DNA of 64,000 nucleotides from Malacoraja senta (taxonomy: Eukaryota): the NCBI GenBank assembly GCA_038087875.1, contig CM075989.1:992001-1056000 (forward strand). The letters run 5' to 3'. Of this stretch, positions 12,060-24,977 are shown piece by piece; the stretch's first letter is position 1; each line of letters begins with the position of its first letter. The notes below the pieces were generated by a model. It searched no databases. It was not told the origin of the DNA and was given only the letters and a program-made list of their open reading frames with translations. Position numbers and translations under genes: made by a program.

Positions 12060-13600
12060 CAGCCAGGGTAAGACTTGTATTGGAAATCACCTTGTCCAAG
12101 TAAATGATGTTTCAGTAGGAGAACATTTTGGGAACAGTGATACGGACTCCTTAACCTCCCCGATAGCTATGGATAAGGATAAGCCCGGACCTCGTGGAAA
12201 ATGCTAAATGGAGTAGCTGACAGCAGCATTGATAGGAATGAGCGGGGGAGAGTAATTGGGAGCAGTAGTTATTGGGTAAGTCTACATCTGACATAAGAAG
12301 ATATGACCATCATGTCCCGTGAGGAAGACGAGGAAAGCAAAGTTAGGGATTCATGATGCTACTAATTTCGTAAACAATTAAAATTATCAATATGGATTGA
12401 TTAGGAAGCTCTTATCGGACTTTGCCCTTGAGCAAACAGAAGCGAAATTAAACAGGGAATCGTGGTACTAAACGGGCATGGAATGTCTTTGGCGATGATT
12501 AAAGAGAATCCCAAGGCATTTTTTGTATACATCAAAAACAAGAAGATGCGGGAGAGGGTGGGATATAGACAAGAAATGGAGCCAGGTTTAGTGGGCGAGA
12601 TAATAAACATATACACCGATATACACCAAGGCAAATTACATGGAGGATTGCAGGGTCAGGGAAGGACAGGCTGATATTTAATCTAGAGCTTATTAATATC
12701 AAGAAGGATGTGCTGGAACTCTTGAAGAGTATTAAGATGCACGTCCCCAGACCATGATGTGATTGATACGAGGTTATTGGGAGAGGTGAGAGATGAAAAT
12801 GGTGCGGACAACAGCCATATTTTTAAATCCTTTTTAGCCGCAGGCGAGATCCCAGAGAACCGGAGAATAACCGATGATGTTCCACTACATAAGAAGGGCA
12901 GGAGAAGGAAACCTAAACCATTTTCGACCGGTTAGCCTTTAATCTGCGGTAGGAATATTTTTTAGGTATATTCACGTGTTGCAAAGTACAGACCTGTGAA
13001 GGATAGTCAACATTGTAGACTGAAGTCCTACAAACTTGATTGAGGTTTTTTTGTGAGAGTGATGAACTTATTGTTGAGAATAGGGCAGTGCATGTTGTCG
13101 ACCTGGACTTTGGTAAAGTTTTCGACAAGGTCCCTGGTGGTTGGCTGATCTGGGAAATTAACACCTCTGTGATCTATGCAAACGTGTCCAAAATTGGGTA
13201 GGACATTGATGAGAAAGTATAAAGTTGAGATGTGTTTTTCAGACTGACGGTCTGCGACCACAGGTGTGCTGCAACGATCAGTTCTGAGATATGCGTTGCT
13301 AGTGATATAAATAAATAATTTGGCCAAAATATAGATGTGCTCGTTAGTAAGTTTGCAGAGATACAACATATAAAGAAGTTATAGTGAGGAAGTTTGACAA
13401 GGTATTGATCAACATATGGACCGGTTGGTAAATGGGCTGATAAATGCAGTTTAATCCCGACAAGTATGAAATGTTTCACTTTGGAATATCAAATGTAATG
13501 AGGAGGTGCGTAATAAAAGGCTGTGGATCGTTGATGTACATTGGTGCACATCTGGGCTCAGTTGTATAAATAACATGTTACGGTATGTTAAGCCTTCGGG
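12060..13600 (+). mobile_element. Highly degenerate CR1 ORF2 fragment
   Basis: Remnants GEHFGNSD, IKENPKAFFVYIKNK, DLDFGKVFDKVP, SKFA. Confidence 0.7.
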
Positions 13601-13619
13601 TAAACATTCAGCCTTAATT

Positions 13620-14335
13620 TAAACCTTAGGTAGACACAAATTGCTCGAAAAACGCAGCGGGACAGGCAGCATCTCTGGAGAATGGAATGGGGGACGTTTT
13701 GGGTCGAGACCCTTCTTCAGACTGATGTCAGGGGACAGAGATAGAATGTGGTCGGGGACAGTAAGACTAGGCAGTACTAGGAAGGGGGAGGGGATGGAGA
13801 GAGAGGAAAACCAAGGGCTATTTGAAGTTAGAGAAGTCAATGTTCATACCGCTGGGGTGTAAGATGCCCAAGGGGCCTAGGCCAGGAAGATCAGATTGGG
13901 AATGGGAGGGGGAGTTAACGTGCTGAGCAACCGGGAGATCAGGTAGGTTGAGTGGAGGTGTTTTGCGAAATGATCGCCGACCCTGCGCTTGGTCTCGCCG
14001 ATGTACAGCAGTTGATATCTGGAACAGCTGATACAGTAGACGAGGTTGGAGGAGGTGCAAGTGAACATCTGCCTCATCTGGAAAGGCTGTCATGGTCCTT
14101 GGATGGAGTCGAGGGAGGAGGTAAAGGGACAGATGTTGTATCTCATGCGGTTGCAAGGGAATGTACCTGGGGAGGGGGTGGTTTGAATGGGAAGGGACGA
14201 GTTGACCAACGAGTTGCGGAGGGAACAGTCGCTGCAGAAAGCAGAAAGGGGTGGAGATTGGAAGATGTGACCAGTAGTGGGATCCCGTTGGAGGTGGCGA
14301 AAATGTTGGGGGATTATATGGCGTATGCAACGTCT
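13620..14335 (-). mobile_element. Penelope-like element fragment (GIY-YIG + pLTR)
   Basis: NLVYCISCSRYQLLYIGETKRRVGDHFAKH (13877-14077). Hammerhead-like motif at about 13694-13720. Confidence 0.8.
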
Positions 14336-14530
14336 GACAGAAACATTGAAAATAGGTGCAGGACTAGGCCATTATAATCATCCACAGTCAGTACCCCGTT
14401 CCTGCCTTCTCCACATATCCTTTGATTCCGTGAGCCCTAAGAGCTCTATCTAACTCTCTTTTGAATGCATTCTGAGGCAGAGAATTCCACAAATTCACAA
14501 CTTGCTGGGTGAAAAAGTTTTTACTCATCT

Positions 14531-15311
14531 TGTAAATACGCTCTTATAAGCTCCCCCCCAGTCTAGTTCAGTCAAAAACGCACTCAAGCACTGCAACAAC
14601 TAATATTTGTTTTCAGAATGAACAGCACATTCCCCTATATGATACCTAAACCACCGCAGGTTCGATCCTTGTCTCTGCCTGGCCAAGCCCTTCAGACTCG
14701 TGCAAGAAGACACACTCCAAATGGTCACGCAGTCCCAAGCGCTCTTCCAGAAGATCGACAAAGGACCTTGTGGGGGCTGCCTTTTATAGGTCCCCGAACA
14801 TTGAGGGGCCGAACTACATAGGGGCGGTCTCTTTACAATCCAATCAAACATATTAATTACAGCAATACATTATTGACAGTTCCCCAAACCAATAACAGAA
14901 TCTCCCATACACTGTTTCTAGGAGAAGCTTCTGGAAGAAGCTAACATAACTTGAGTAATGCAACATTTACCCTGGAATTCAAAACAACCCTGCCAGGGCT
15001 AAACACTTTGGCCAATCTACAAATAGCGGGGTAACTGTCTAGCAACATTATTTACAATATTTACAATGCTTCTGCAGTAGTCTAATCATATCAATCCATT
15101 TAAATTTGTTTCCAGAGTTACTATACATTTTGTCAATTAAGAGGAAATGAGGAGGACACGTGGATCCTTCACCATCCTGCATATCATTCTGAGGCTCAGA
15201 CTAATCGTCGCCACCCAAAGCCTGTAATTTTCCACTGACAAAGGTTAAGCAATACTGACAAATGCAGGGATCCTCCATTTTATCGTGTCTTTAATTTGGT
15301 CAATATTAACA
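14531..15311 (-). repeat. 3' LTR
   Basis: TGTAAATAC...ATATTAACA, a direct repeat of 20885-21671. Abutted by the PPT (minus strand AAAATGGGGGAA, 15312-15323). Confidence 0.92.
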
Positions 15312-16554
15312 TTCCCCCATTTTATCATTTATGATAACCCTCATCATTAATGATAACCCAAAATACAATAACGACTGTTTCACTCTATCAAATGTCCTAA
15401 CAAGAAGATGCTGATGTATTTTCCCAGAATTCCATCAAGCTTCCCGAGTTTTCGTGGGCATAGCTTCATGATTCCCGTCTGATGTGTCTTCATCACCCGA
15501 ATTTTCATGGGCGTGAATCCCATCCATCAATCTTGATAGTTCATCTGTGCTTGATCCATAATAGATCCTATAGTTCCTAAGAGAACTTGGGATGAAGTAA
15601 GTTAGCGATCCATACATTCACATGCTTTTATAATGATGGAACCCATGCATTCCTTTCATCCACTGTCAACAAAAGGCCTCTCTCTGTATACTATTCCTAT
15701 TCTGTGATACAATCCTTCCCATATTATGATCAACGCTAACATTTAGTCAGTTACCTCCGCAGTTTCCAATGTACTCCTAATGAAGGTTCCTCATATGAAT
15801 TTCAACTGGGTTCAGTCGAAATGTCCCTACAGGCGTGATCCTTATCCAAAACAACAATGGGGAATGCTTCAATTCAGCCAAATTCAATCTCAGCCTTTAA
15901 TTTACTATTTTGAGTTTCAGGGTCTGTCTTACTCATTTCCAATCCACAGCTTATGGTCGATAAGCACAATTCAATCCAATTGCTGTGGAATTCCCAGCTA
16001 TTTAATTTCATCAATTTATTTCCATATGTTGTGGATCATTATTTTGAATCAAGCTAATTAAGAACGCCAAATCTAGGGACAATTTTCTTTACATCTTGAT
16101 AATAGTAGCCGTATTATTATCAAGGGTTAGATAAATTTTGATCCACTGGTCACATACATTGACTGTGACAACAAATACCCACTCCCCTGGTACTTCTTCC
16201 AACCTAATAAACTCTTTTTCTAGTGTTTGAACAGACTCACAGGCAATAGGGAGTCTTCCTCATAACTAGTCCCCTCCTATCCTTTCTGTATGGTTGTTAT
16301 TGACCTCTCCGAGGGGAACTCATCATTTGAAATTTCAGTCCACCTCATCATTCTACACCACCATCTTTCATTCCCAGGGCATTTCCGTCACTGTTAAATC
16401 CACAACGTAATTTCTGATATCTACTAGGGTCTGTCCTTTTCTTGATAATCGCTAAACAGTTCCGTCCCATCTCCGATTGTTCTCCTATGGGTGAGACAAG
16501 AAAAGATGTCAAGTCAATAATCAATTCTCCAATTATTTATTTTTAAACTATATC

Positions 16555-16810
16555 CCATAAGTCATTTCCAAATACTACATTTTTAAAGTCCTTTATCCTA
16601 TCTCACAATTAATCAAAATTTAGGCGCAAAGTAGGTGTCCCCGAACCACAGAGGAGTTTTCATTCCCAGATTTCCATATTCAGTTAACTCTTTTAAATTG
16701 GAGCTTGCCTCAATGGTCTCCAGAGGCCGTCTGTATTTCTTCAAATTTCTGAGATGTCGTTCTTCCCTTTTCACTGGTGTCAAATATCATTTTATGTTGG
16801 TAAGGCTGGA
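16555..16810 (-). pseudogene. Degenerate retropepsin (aspartic protease)
   Basis: Hand translation of the minus strand gives HKMIFDTS (DTG variant), IQTASG (flap-like) and NVVFGNDL (GRD-like) in the expected order, with stops and frameshifts. Confidence 0.6.
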
Positions 16811-17229
16811 CACTAGGGTAAGTATGTCTTCTTTCTCAAATTTGCAGGAGCAGGAAGACCACTATGAGGAGCAGTCTTCTTTTCTATTGGCCTTTCCAGG
16901 GTTGTGAACGTTAAAGGGACAGGACAGTATCACTTCTTTCTCTCTGTTGGTCTCTGTCTCTGGGGAGCTACTTGGATGGAAATGATGGTTACACATCCTA
17001 CCTGAGCTGTGTCTTCTGCCCGTTTTTGAGGGTCCACATATTCTTTTACCTCACTCCCCAGAGAGTGGCGTGTCATAGGCAGTACTGACCTGAAGGCACA
17101 ACAACTCAACAAAAAGTTATTAAACAAGTTTACACTGGCTCCTATTCCTCACTCCTACACATCCTGCACAATAGATTCCTTTCTTCCTTTCCCTAGTGCC
17201 AATCTGAATTCTTTTCATCTTTGTCTTTT

Positions 17230-19635
17230 GACACCAGCTGCTTTGCCTTTTTCCTTAGTTTCTTTATTGGCCCTTGATTTCTCCTCCACTCTGCTATATT
17301 CTGTCTTCTGGATGGGCACTCTTTACTCCAATTACTTAATTGTGTATAGATATAACAAGCTCCCAAATTTACAGTGTTCTTTGCTTTCAGGTGCTTTCGG
17401 TCCCCTCTTTTATGATCTTCAGTCTTAATTATAAAGATACACCCAATTCGTTCATTTTGGTAAATTACTTGAGTGGTTCCAAGGGTAGGGGTCATGTTAC
17501 TCTGTCCATAACTTCTGGACTGGTAGGTGTGTCAGGATTGTGAGAACATGTTTGTTTGCGAAAAAGGTGTTTGTCTTATTGGTTCCTGACATTCTGGCCA
17601 ACTCTCTCGGTATTCTCTAGGACCCAAGAAGTCTCCTGTATTTAAAGACCTCTTATAATTCCTGGGATCTTGGATGTTTTTATATCCTCTAGGATCCTGA
17701 ATATCTCCATGACCCTGGAAGTTCTTTCCCCGAACCCTTCTTCCCACTTGCTCCCTTGTCGGGCAGGCTCGGCTCCGAATGTCCCATTCCCCCACAAGTA
17801 TACCATTGATTGGGTAATGTTGTTGGATTTCCTTTACCACTTGGTCCCAGTAGAATTGGTTCTAAAATGAGAGTATAATTGTAATAATGATCTGGATATT
17901 CTGGGACTCAAACTTTTCCCATTCCATTCTTGGCTAACATGTGAGGACTCCATGGTCCTGAGTCAGAGTTTGGTCCCTCCCTCTTGACCATATATTCAGT
18001 TCTTCTTCCAGTTACAGGATAATCTTCCTGTTTTCTACCATCCTTCCAATGGTGCCTCACAGCTCTGGCCATTTGACTAGTGCAATTCTCAGATCAGTCC
18101 CTGTTATTAGTATTAATTGAGTCAGCTACTGTAGTGGGGAGACAATTCAATACGATAGCACAATATTGTGGGGAACTTACTCCGTTTTGATAATTTAAGC
18201 CACCTGCTTGGTCCATGTACAATCTTGAGAATCGTTCTAAAAATTCATCTGCTCCCTCTCCCTTTTTTGGTTTTATCTCCAGGATTCTTGTTAAATCAAT
18301 TGGCTTCTGAAGGATGTTTGCAAGGGCCGTTAAAACAGCCTCTTCTCTTGCACTATCATCCACTATTATGTTTGCCAATGCTTCATGTGCCGGATGTCCC
18401 AGGGCTGCTAGAAATTTGGTGTTTTCAGCTGGAGTAATTATTTGTTGTATCGTTGCCATAGATCTTGGGAGTCTGCATGGTATACACGCATTGTAGTTCT
18501 TCAATAATCCACAAAGGCAGCAGGTGACTTCTTTCTAGCAGGGATTTTATTTAACACTGCTATTATTTTGTGGGGCTTCCAGGGAGTATGGACATCTATG
18601 GTGCAGGGATTACATACACCTACTGCGCTGGTCGAATCAAAGGCAGGATTCAGCACTTCCTTGACTGGGAACTGTCTCTGGAATATCTGTTCAGTTTGTA
18701 TACTTTCTGTCACATCAAAATCTATCTCGGTATCTTCAATTACTGTCTCACCCTCAGATGAACCTTCCTCCTCACTGGGGGGCTCACGGTACCTTCTAAA
18801 TGATTTGTTCCTTTTTCACGCTACTCGTCTAATCCGTGTAGGTTGAGGCTCGCAAAAATCTTCCGCTGGTTTCACTATATCTATCATACCCATCTTGTCT
18901 TTAAATACCGGGGCTAACCTCTCCGTTCTACTCCTGGTACTGTGAGCAACTGGACGATCTATTACTGGTGGAGTGGATAGAGTCAAAGAATCTGGTGCCC
19001 TAGTGGCTGCTGTTCGTAGAGCATGCTCTAACGTTGAATCTGCAGAGGGTGTTATAGGTTCTGCAGGCTCTGGATATTTATTATGGACACAAGTCATATA
19101 GGGTGTAAGCGAAGCCTGGGAGACTCAAGAGGAACATGGTGGGAGCTGCAAATTTCTATCCTAAACACTAACCTCTCTAAACTTTGAATTTACTGGAACT
19201 TGTTTCCTTTCAGGAGAACTACCTCTTCTCCATTCCTTGGGCTTTCCTTCATCTCTACCCCTTTCCTTCCTATTGCCTGGAGGGCGATCTACTTCACCTT
19301 CTTTCAGTTCTAGTCCAAGTTTTGAAATTGTTTTTTCCTAATTCGCCATTCTCCTAACTTCTTTTCTTGCCTTTCGTTCCTCATAATATTTCTTCCATAA
19401 TCCTATTAACTCCTTTGCACTCTCACTATTACAATACTGCCAAACGATTCGTTCTATGTACTCTATTCCTCTCACTATTCTGATGCCCCTGACGGCCATA
19501 GTTGGCTCCTAGTTTCTTATTTAGCGCTGCCGAAAAGTCTCTTAATCTTTCTGCCTTATGTGGGAACTCATTGCATATTATTTGCAATGGGCGCATAGCA
19601 TCTTCTGTCATATCTCGCTCTAGACTATTCCCATG
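17230..19635 (-). pseudogene. gag: Degenerate retroviral gag
   Basis: Fragmented ORFs: (M)GNSLE N-terminus at about 19634, MHR-like LEIKPKKGEGADEFLERF at about 18230-18285, and degenerate CCHC knuckles WYTCGGMGH/RSRACP (about 17760-17805) and CYIYTQLSNWSKECP (about 17310-17360). Confidence 0.75.
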
Positions 19636-20865
19636 CCTTTGAATAACGGAAACAGAATTCCTAAGCCCTTCACACCTCCTCAATAATTCACTCCTCCCTT
19701 TCAACCTCCAAGGTTATCAAATTCGCTCCTGAACAGTGGCGAACAGCTCAGAAGCGCTAGCAATCTCGCACCTCTCTCACCCAATTGTACAATCAATCTT
19801 TCCAAACTATTATTCAAGTTCTCCCATAAATTCACACCATTACAACCTCATTGTTTCCCCAATCCTCAGTCATCCAAAGACCAAGGGGCTCCAGGGAACA
19901 ATCAAAGAGCCAATCACAACCAAACACGTTCCCGCAGCCCGTTTTATAATGAGCTCCAAACACGCAAGCAAAACCGTACACAGACAAGAAACTACACCAT
20001 CTATTATTATCATGCACAACCACTTTCCTTTATAAACCACAAACATTCATCTAATATTGCATTCGTTAACTGTACAGTTCCAAAAGCAAATCACAATATT
20101 TCAATCCCGCATTGCGCTGCAATCAACCAGTGACCCTCTCCCTCCGATACAGAATATGATATGAAATTTTCAGATTGATCAAAGTATTCTCGGCCAATTT
20201 ATACTCTGATCACTGAATACCAGATACCTTTCCAGACTCCTTCCTCCATTTTACAGGGATCCAGATATCTCACACAGGCGGGGACTTGAACCTGCCTAGG
20301 ATCATCTTTGTAAGGGGCTACCCTTTATACCTGCTAAGTATCGAGTGTCAGCACGTAACCTTTTCACGCTGGCAGTCGATGCCAATTTTTAGAGCGCGTT
20401 TCCAATCCGCACTCCCAGCAACGATGCAGTACTTTGCCGCTTTGCTCCGCTTAAAACCAGTTTTGTCATTAAATATCCTGTCAAGCAGATATCCAATTCT
20501 GGGGTGGGTCTCTAACCCGAGTTTTACAGGCCTTTAACCCAAAGGAGAGGGACTTGAACCCAACCCTAGATTGGTCTCAGCAGCAGCTGCAGCAACTAAC
20601 TTCAACCAATAATTTTACGGGCCTTTAACCCAAAGGAGAGGACCTTTAAACCAACCCTAGTAGGGCCACTAACCCCAAAGGCACTTTTGCCCCCAGTGCT
20701 TGCTAGACTCTGTTCTACAATCTCGCTTTCCCAAGCCTGCGAATGATCGATCTGCTCCGACTAGCGAAGTGACGAAAACCGATGCGAAAACTGCACCGTG
20801 GCGCCGATTTCTGCACTCGCAATCGGGACAGCTCAACACCCTTAATCGTGTGGGGGTCCGTTGAG

Positions 20866-20883
20866 ATCCCAGATGAGCCCCCA
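20866..20883 (-). promoter_or_regulatory. Primer binding site, tRNA-Pro
   Basis: Minus strand TGGGGGCTCATCTGGGAT versus the canonical Pro PBS TGGGGGCTCGTCCGGGAT (2 mismatches), 1 nt from the 5' LTR. Confidence 0.88.
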
Positions 20884-20884
20884 A

Positions 20885-21671
20885 TGTAAATACACTCTTC
20901 TAAGCTTCCCCCCTCCGTCTAGTTCAGTCAAAAAAGCATTGAGTCAAGCACTGGAACAATTCACCTTTATTTTTAGATTATACAGCAAATTCCCATATAG
21001 GAAACCTAAACCACCGCTGGTTCGATCCTTGTCTCTGCCTGGCCAAGCCCTTCAGCCTCCTGCAAGCAGACACACTCCAAAATGTCACGCAGTCCCAAGC
21101 ACTCTTCCAGAAAATCGACAAAGGACCTGTGGGGGCTGCCTTTTATAGGTCCCCGAACATTGAGGGGCCGAACCACATAGGGGTGGTCTCTTTACAATCC
21201 AATCAAACATATTAATTACAGCAATAAATTATTGACACTTTCCCAAACCAATAACAGAATCTCCCATACATTGTTTCTAGGAGAAGCTTCTGGAAGAAGC
21301 TAACTTAACTTGAATAATGCAACATTTACCCTGGAATTCAAAACAACCCTGCAAGTTCTTAACACTTTGGCCAATCAACAAACAGCAGGGTAACTGTCTC
21401 GCAACATTATTTACAATATTTACAATGCTTCCGCAGTAGTCCAATCATATCAATGCATTTAAATTTGTTTATAGAGTTTCTATACATTTTTATCAATTAA
21501 AGGGAAATGAGGCGAACACCTGGATCCTTCACCATCCTGCATATCATTCTGAGGCTCAGACCAATCGGCATCATCCAACGCCTGTAATTTTCCACTGACA
21601 AAGGTCAAGCAATTCTGACAAATGCAGTGATCCGCCATTTTATGGCGTCTTTAATTTGGTCAATATTAACA
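20885..21671 (-). repeat. 5' LTR
   Basis: Direct repeat of 14531-15311. Minus-strand TATAAAA near 21141-21147 and AATAAA near 20967-20972. Followed on the minus strand by the PBS. Confidence 0.92.
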
Positions 21672-23692
21672 ATCTCAGTTCCAAATGGCCTACCCCTTAT
21701 TTTTAAACTGTGGCCCCGGGTTGTGGACTCCCCCAACATCGGGAACATGTTTCCTGCACCTTGCTTGTCCAATTCCTTAATAATTTTATAATATAAGATG
21801 CCCTCTCATCCTTCTAAATTCCAGTGAATACAAGCCCAGTTATTCCATTCATTCATGACAGTTTCGCCATCCTGAGGATTAACCTTGTGAACCTATGCTG
21901 CACTCCCTCAATAGCAAGAATGTCCTTACTCGAATTAGGAGTCCAAAACTGTACACAATACTTTGGGTGCGATCTCACCAAGGCCCTGTACAACTGCAGT
22001 AGGACCACTTTGCTCCTATACTCAAATCCTCCCATTATGAAGGCCAACATGCCATTAGCCGATAATTCCTACTCTTTGTTTCCTCTCTGTCAAACAAATT
22101 TCTATCCATGTCAATATCCTACCCCCAATACCATGTGCTCTAATTTTAGTCATTAGTCTCCTGTCTGTGACCTTATTAAAGGTTTTCTGAAAGTCCAGAT
22201 ACACTACCTCCACTGGCTCTCCCTTATCCATTTTACTTGTTACATCCTCACAAACTTCCAGAAGATTAGTCAAGCAACTGATGCTGAATCTCTAAAACAT
22301 TGGACAATGATCACCAATGCATCCACAATTTCTAGAGCCACCCCCTTTAGTACTTTAGGATGCAGACCATCAGGCCTTGACGATTTATCAGCCTGCAGTC
22401 CCATCAGTCTACCTAACACCATTTCATAAACAGTGGCCCCCGGTTCTAGACTATCCCAACATTGCGTGTCCAAACCCTTCATAATCTTATATGTTTCAAT
22501 AAGATCCCATCTCATCCTTTTAAATTCCAGTATACAAGCCCAGCTACTCCATTCTGTCAACATTTGACAGTCCTGCCATCCCGCGAATTAACTTTATGAA
22601 CCTATGCTGCACTCCCTCAATAGCAAGAATCCTCAAATTTGGAGACCAAAACTGCATACAATACTCCAGGTGTGGGCTCACTAAGGCTCTGTACAACGAC
22701 AGAAGGACCTCTTTGCTCCTATACTCAATTTGTCTTGTTGTGAAGGCCAACATGCCATTCACTTTCTTCATTGCCTGCCGTATTTGCATACTTACTTTCA
22801 GTGACGAATGAACAAGGACCCCAAGATCTCATTGTACTTCCCCTTTTCCCAACTTGACACCATTCAGATAATATTCTGCCTTCCCGTTTTTGCCACCAAA
22901 GTGGATAACCTCACATTTATCCACATTAAACTGCATCTGCCATGCATCTGCCCACTCACCCAACCTGTCCAAGTCACCCTGCATCCTAATAATATCCTCC
23001 TTACCGTTCACACTGCCACCCAGCTTTGTGCCATCTGCAAATTTTCTAATGCTACTTTTAATCCCTTCATCTGAATCATTAATGTATATTGTAAATAGCT
23101 GTGGTCCCAGCACAGAGCCTTGCTGTATCCCAGTAGTCACTACCAGCCATTCAGAAAGGGACCCATTAATCCCTACTCTCTGTTTCTTGTCTGCCAACTA
23201 ATTTTCTATCCATGATAGTAACCTACCCCCATTACCATATGCTCTAATTTTGCCCATTAATCTCCTATGTGGGACCATATCAAATGCTTTCTGAAAGTCC
23301 AGGTACATTACATCCACTGGCTCTCCATTATCCATTTTCCTGTTTGCATCCTCAAAAAATTTCAGAAGATTAGTCAAGCATGATTTCCCCTTCGCAAATG
23401 CATGCTGACTCGGACCGATCCTGTTACTGCTATCCAAATGCACCGCAATTACATATTTTATAATTGACACCAGCATCTTCCCCACCACCGATGTCAGGAT
23501 AACTGGTCGATAATTTCGTGCTTTCTCTCTCTCCCATTTCTTAAATAGTGGAATGACATTAGCTACCCTCCAATCCACAGGAACTGATGCAGAATCTATA
23601 GAATATTGGAAAATGATCACTAATGCGTCCACGATTTTAAGAGCCACCTCCTTGAGTACTCTGGGATGCAGACCATCAGGCCCTCGGGATTA
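21672..23692 (-). mobile_element. CR1 LINE ORF2 fragments (several pieces)
   Basis: YLDFQKAFD, GSVLGPQLF, KFADG, YRALVSPHLEYC in minus-strand ORFs 21853-23647. The 3' part also lies at 14380-14530, left of the ERV. Confidence 0.88.
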
Positions 23693-24157
23693 ATCCGTGT
23701 GCGGACGTGGCGCCGACGGACGAGAGGCCGAAGCAAAGAAGTCGAAGCCAAAGAACTGAATGGAAACGAGGCTGAAACGCCAATAAACCGAAAGATTACG
23801 AAGACGAAACGCCTACTAACCGAAAGGATGGGACGCCTAAATGCAAACTAACTAAAAGGGCAGGACGCCTAAAAGCCAACGATCCGAAAAGCTGCGTCGC
23901 CTAAAAGCAAACTTACCGAATGGCCGCTCTGTCGAAACGCCTACAGGCCAAAGGATCGACTGCCGCTCAACAGAAACGTCCAATAACGGACATGACGTTG
24001 CCGAGGGATGGGACATGTCAGTGATTGGTCCAGACCCCTGGGTCCATCACATCACTGTGAAGGCATGAACATTGTCCCAAACCTCCGCTCCACCCAACCC
24101 GCAGCCCGCAGAGGGTGGCCGTGGGAGAGTGGGGGCTTGGGTTCAGATTGCCCAGTC

Positions 24158-24410
24158 ATAATAATAATAATATTTAATAATATTTGTATTTATATAGCAC
24201 TTTTCAATCAAATCACTTGAAACCAAAGTGCTTTACAGAGAATTATCCCTATCCATATGTTGATATCAACATATCAACATTCACACGCAGGCAAAGGTGG
24301 GTGAAGTGTCTTGCCCAAGGACACAACGACAGTATGCACTCCAAGCGGGATTCGAACCGGCTACCTTCCGGTTGCCAGCCGAACACTTAGCCCATTGCGC
24401 CATCTGTCGT
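24158..24410 (-). mobile_element. tRNA-derived SINE
   Basis: Minus strand A box TGGCGCAATGG and B box GGTTCGAATCC, core GTGTCCTTGGGCAAGACAC, L2-like 3' end with a (TTA)n tail. Confidence 0.8.
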
Positions 24411-24449
24411 CTATGGCTTGCGTGGGAAAATGAACCTCACGCTCCCGTC

Positions 24450-24660
24450 CCCCACTTCTCTCTCCCCTCTTCTCTCCCTCCTCTTCTCTCTCTCCCCCTC
24501 TCTCTCTCCCTTCTCTCTCTCCCTTCCCTTTCTCCTCCTCTCTCTCCACTCTTCTCTCTTCCCCCCTCCTCTCTCCCCCCTCTCTGTCCCTCCCTTCTCT
24601 CTTCCCCCCTCCCTTCTCTCTCTCCCCTTCTCTCCTCCTTCTCTCTCTCTCCTCCATCTC
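24450..24660. repeat. CT-rich low-complexity tract
   Basis: Almost pure C/T on the + strand. Confidence 0.9.
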
Positions 24661-24977
24661 CAGCCGCGGGAGCGTCCTTCAGTCACTGACCGCGATGCAC
24701 CGCCATCGGACCCCAATCCCCACACCAGGGTGATTCCCCCCCTCCGACCCCCGGACCTTGCCACCCACACCGGGAGATTCACCCCGGCCGCGGGGACAGA
24801 TGTTTATTTATTACCGTCTCGGTGCTTGCGGAACGCACCCAAGCTCCCATGCACAAAACAGGCAGCATCTCTGGAGAGAAGGAATGGGTGACATTTCGTG
24901 CCAAGACCATTCTTCAGAGTGCGTCTGAAAGGTCTCGACCCGAAACGCCACCCATTCCTTCTCTCCAGAGATGCTGC

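Larger units (their letters stand above)
14531..21671 (-). mobile_element. Endogenous retrovirus-like provirus (LTR-gag-pro-unknown-LTR), no recognisable pol or env
   Basis: Two ~780-bp direct repeats with TG...CA ends. ATCT TSD at 14527-14530 and 21672-21675. tRNA-Pro PBS and PPT on the minus strand, with degenerate gag and protease. Inserted into a CR1 3' region that resumes at 21672. Confidence 0.92.

Noticed and set aside
24330..24410. tRNA gene
   Set aside because: A and B boxes are present but continue into a SINE core and LINE-like tail, with no convincing cloverleaf.
24297..24891. Long Pro/Ser/Leu- or Glu/Arg-rich ORFs
   Set aside because: Translation artefacts of the CT low-complexity tract. 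The same applies to 61622-62238 and 11442-11808.
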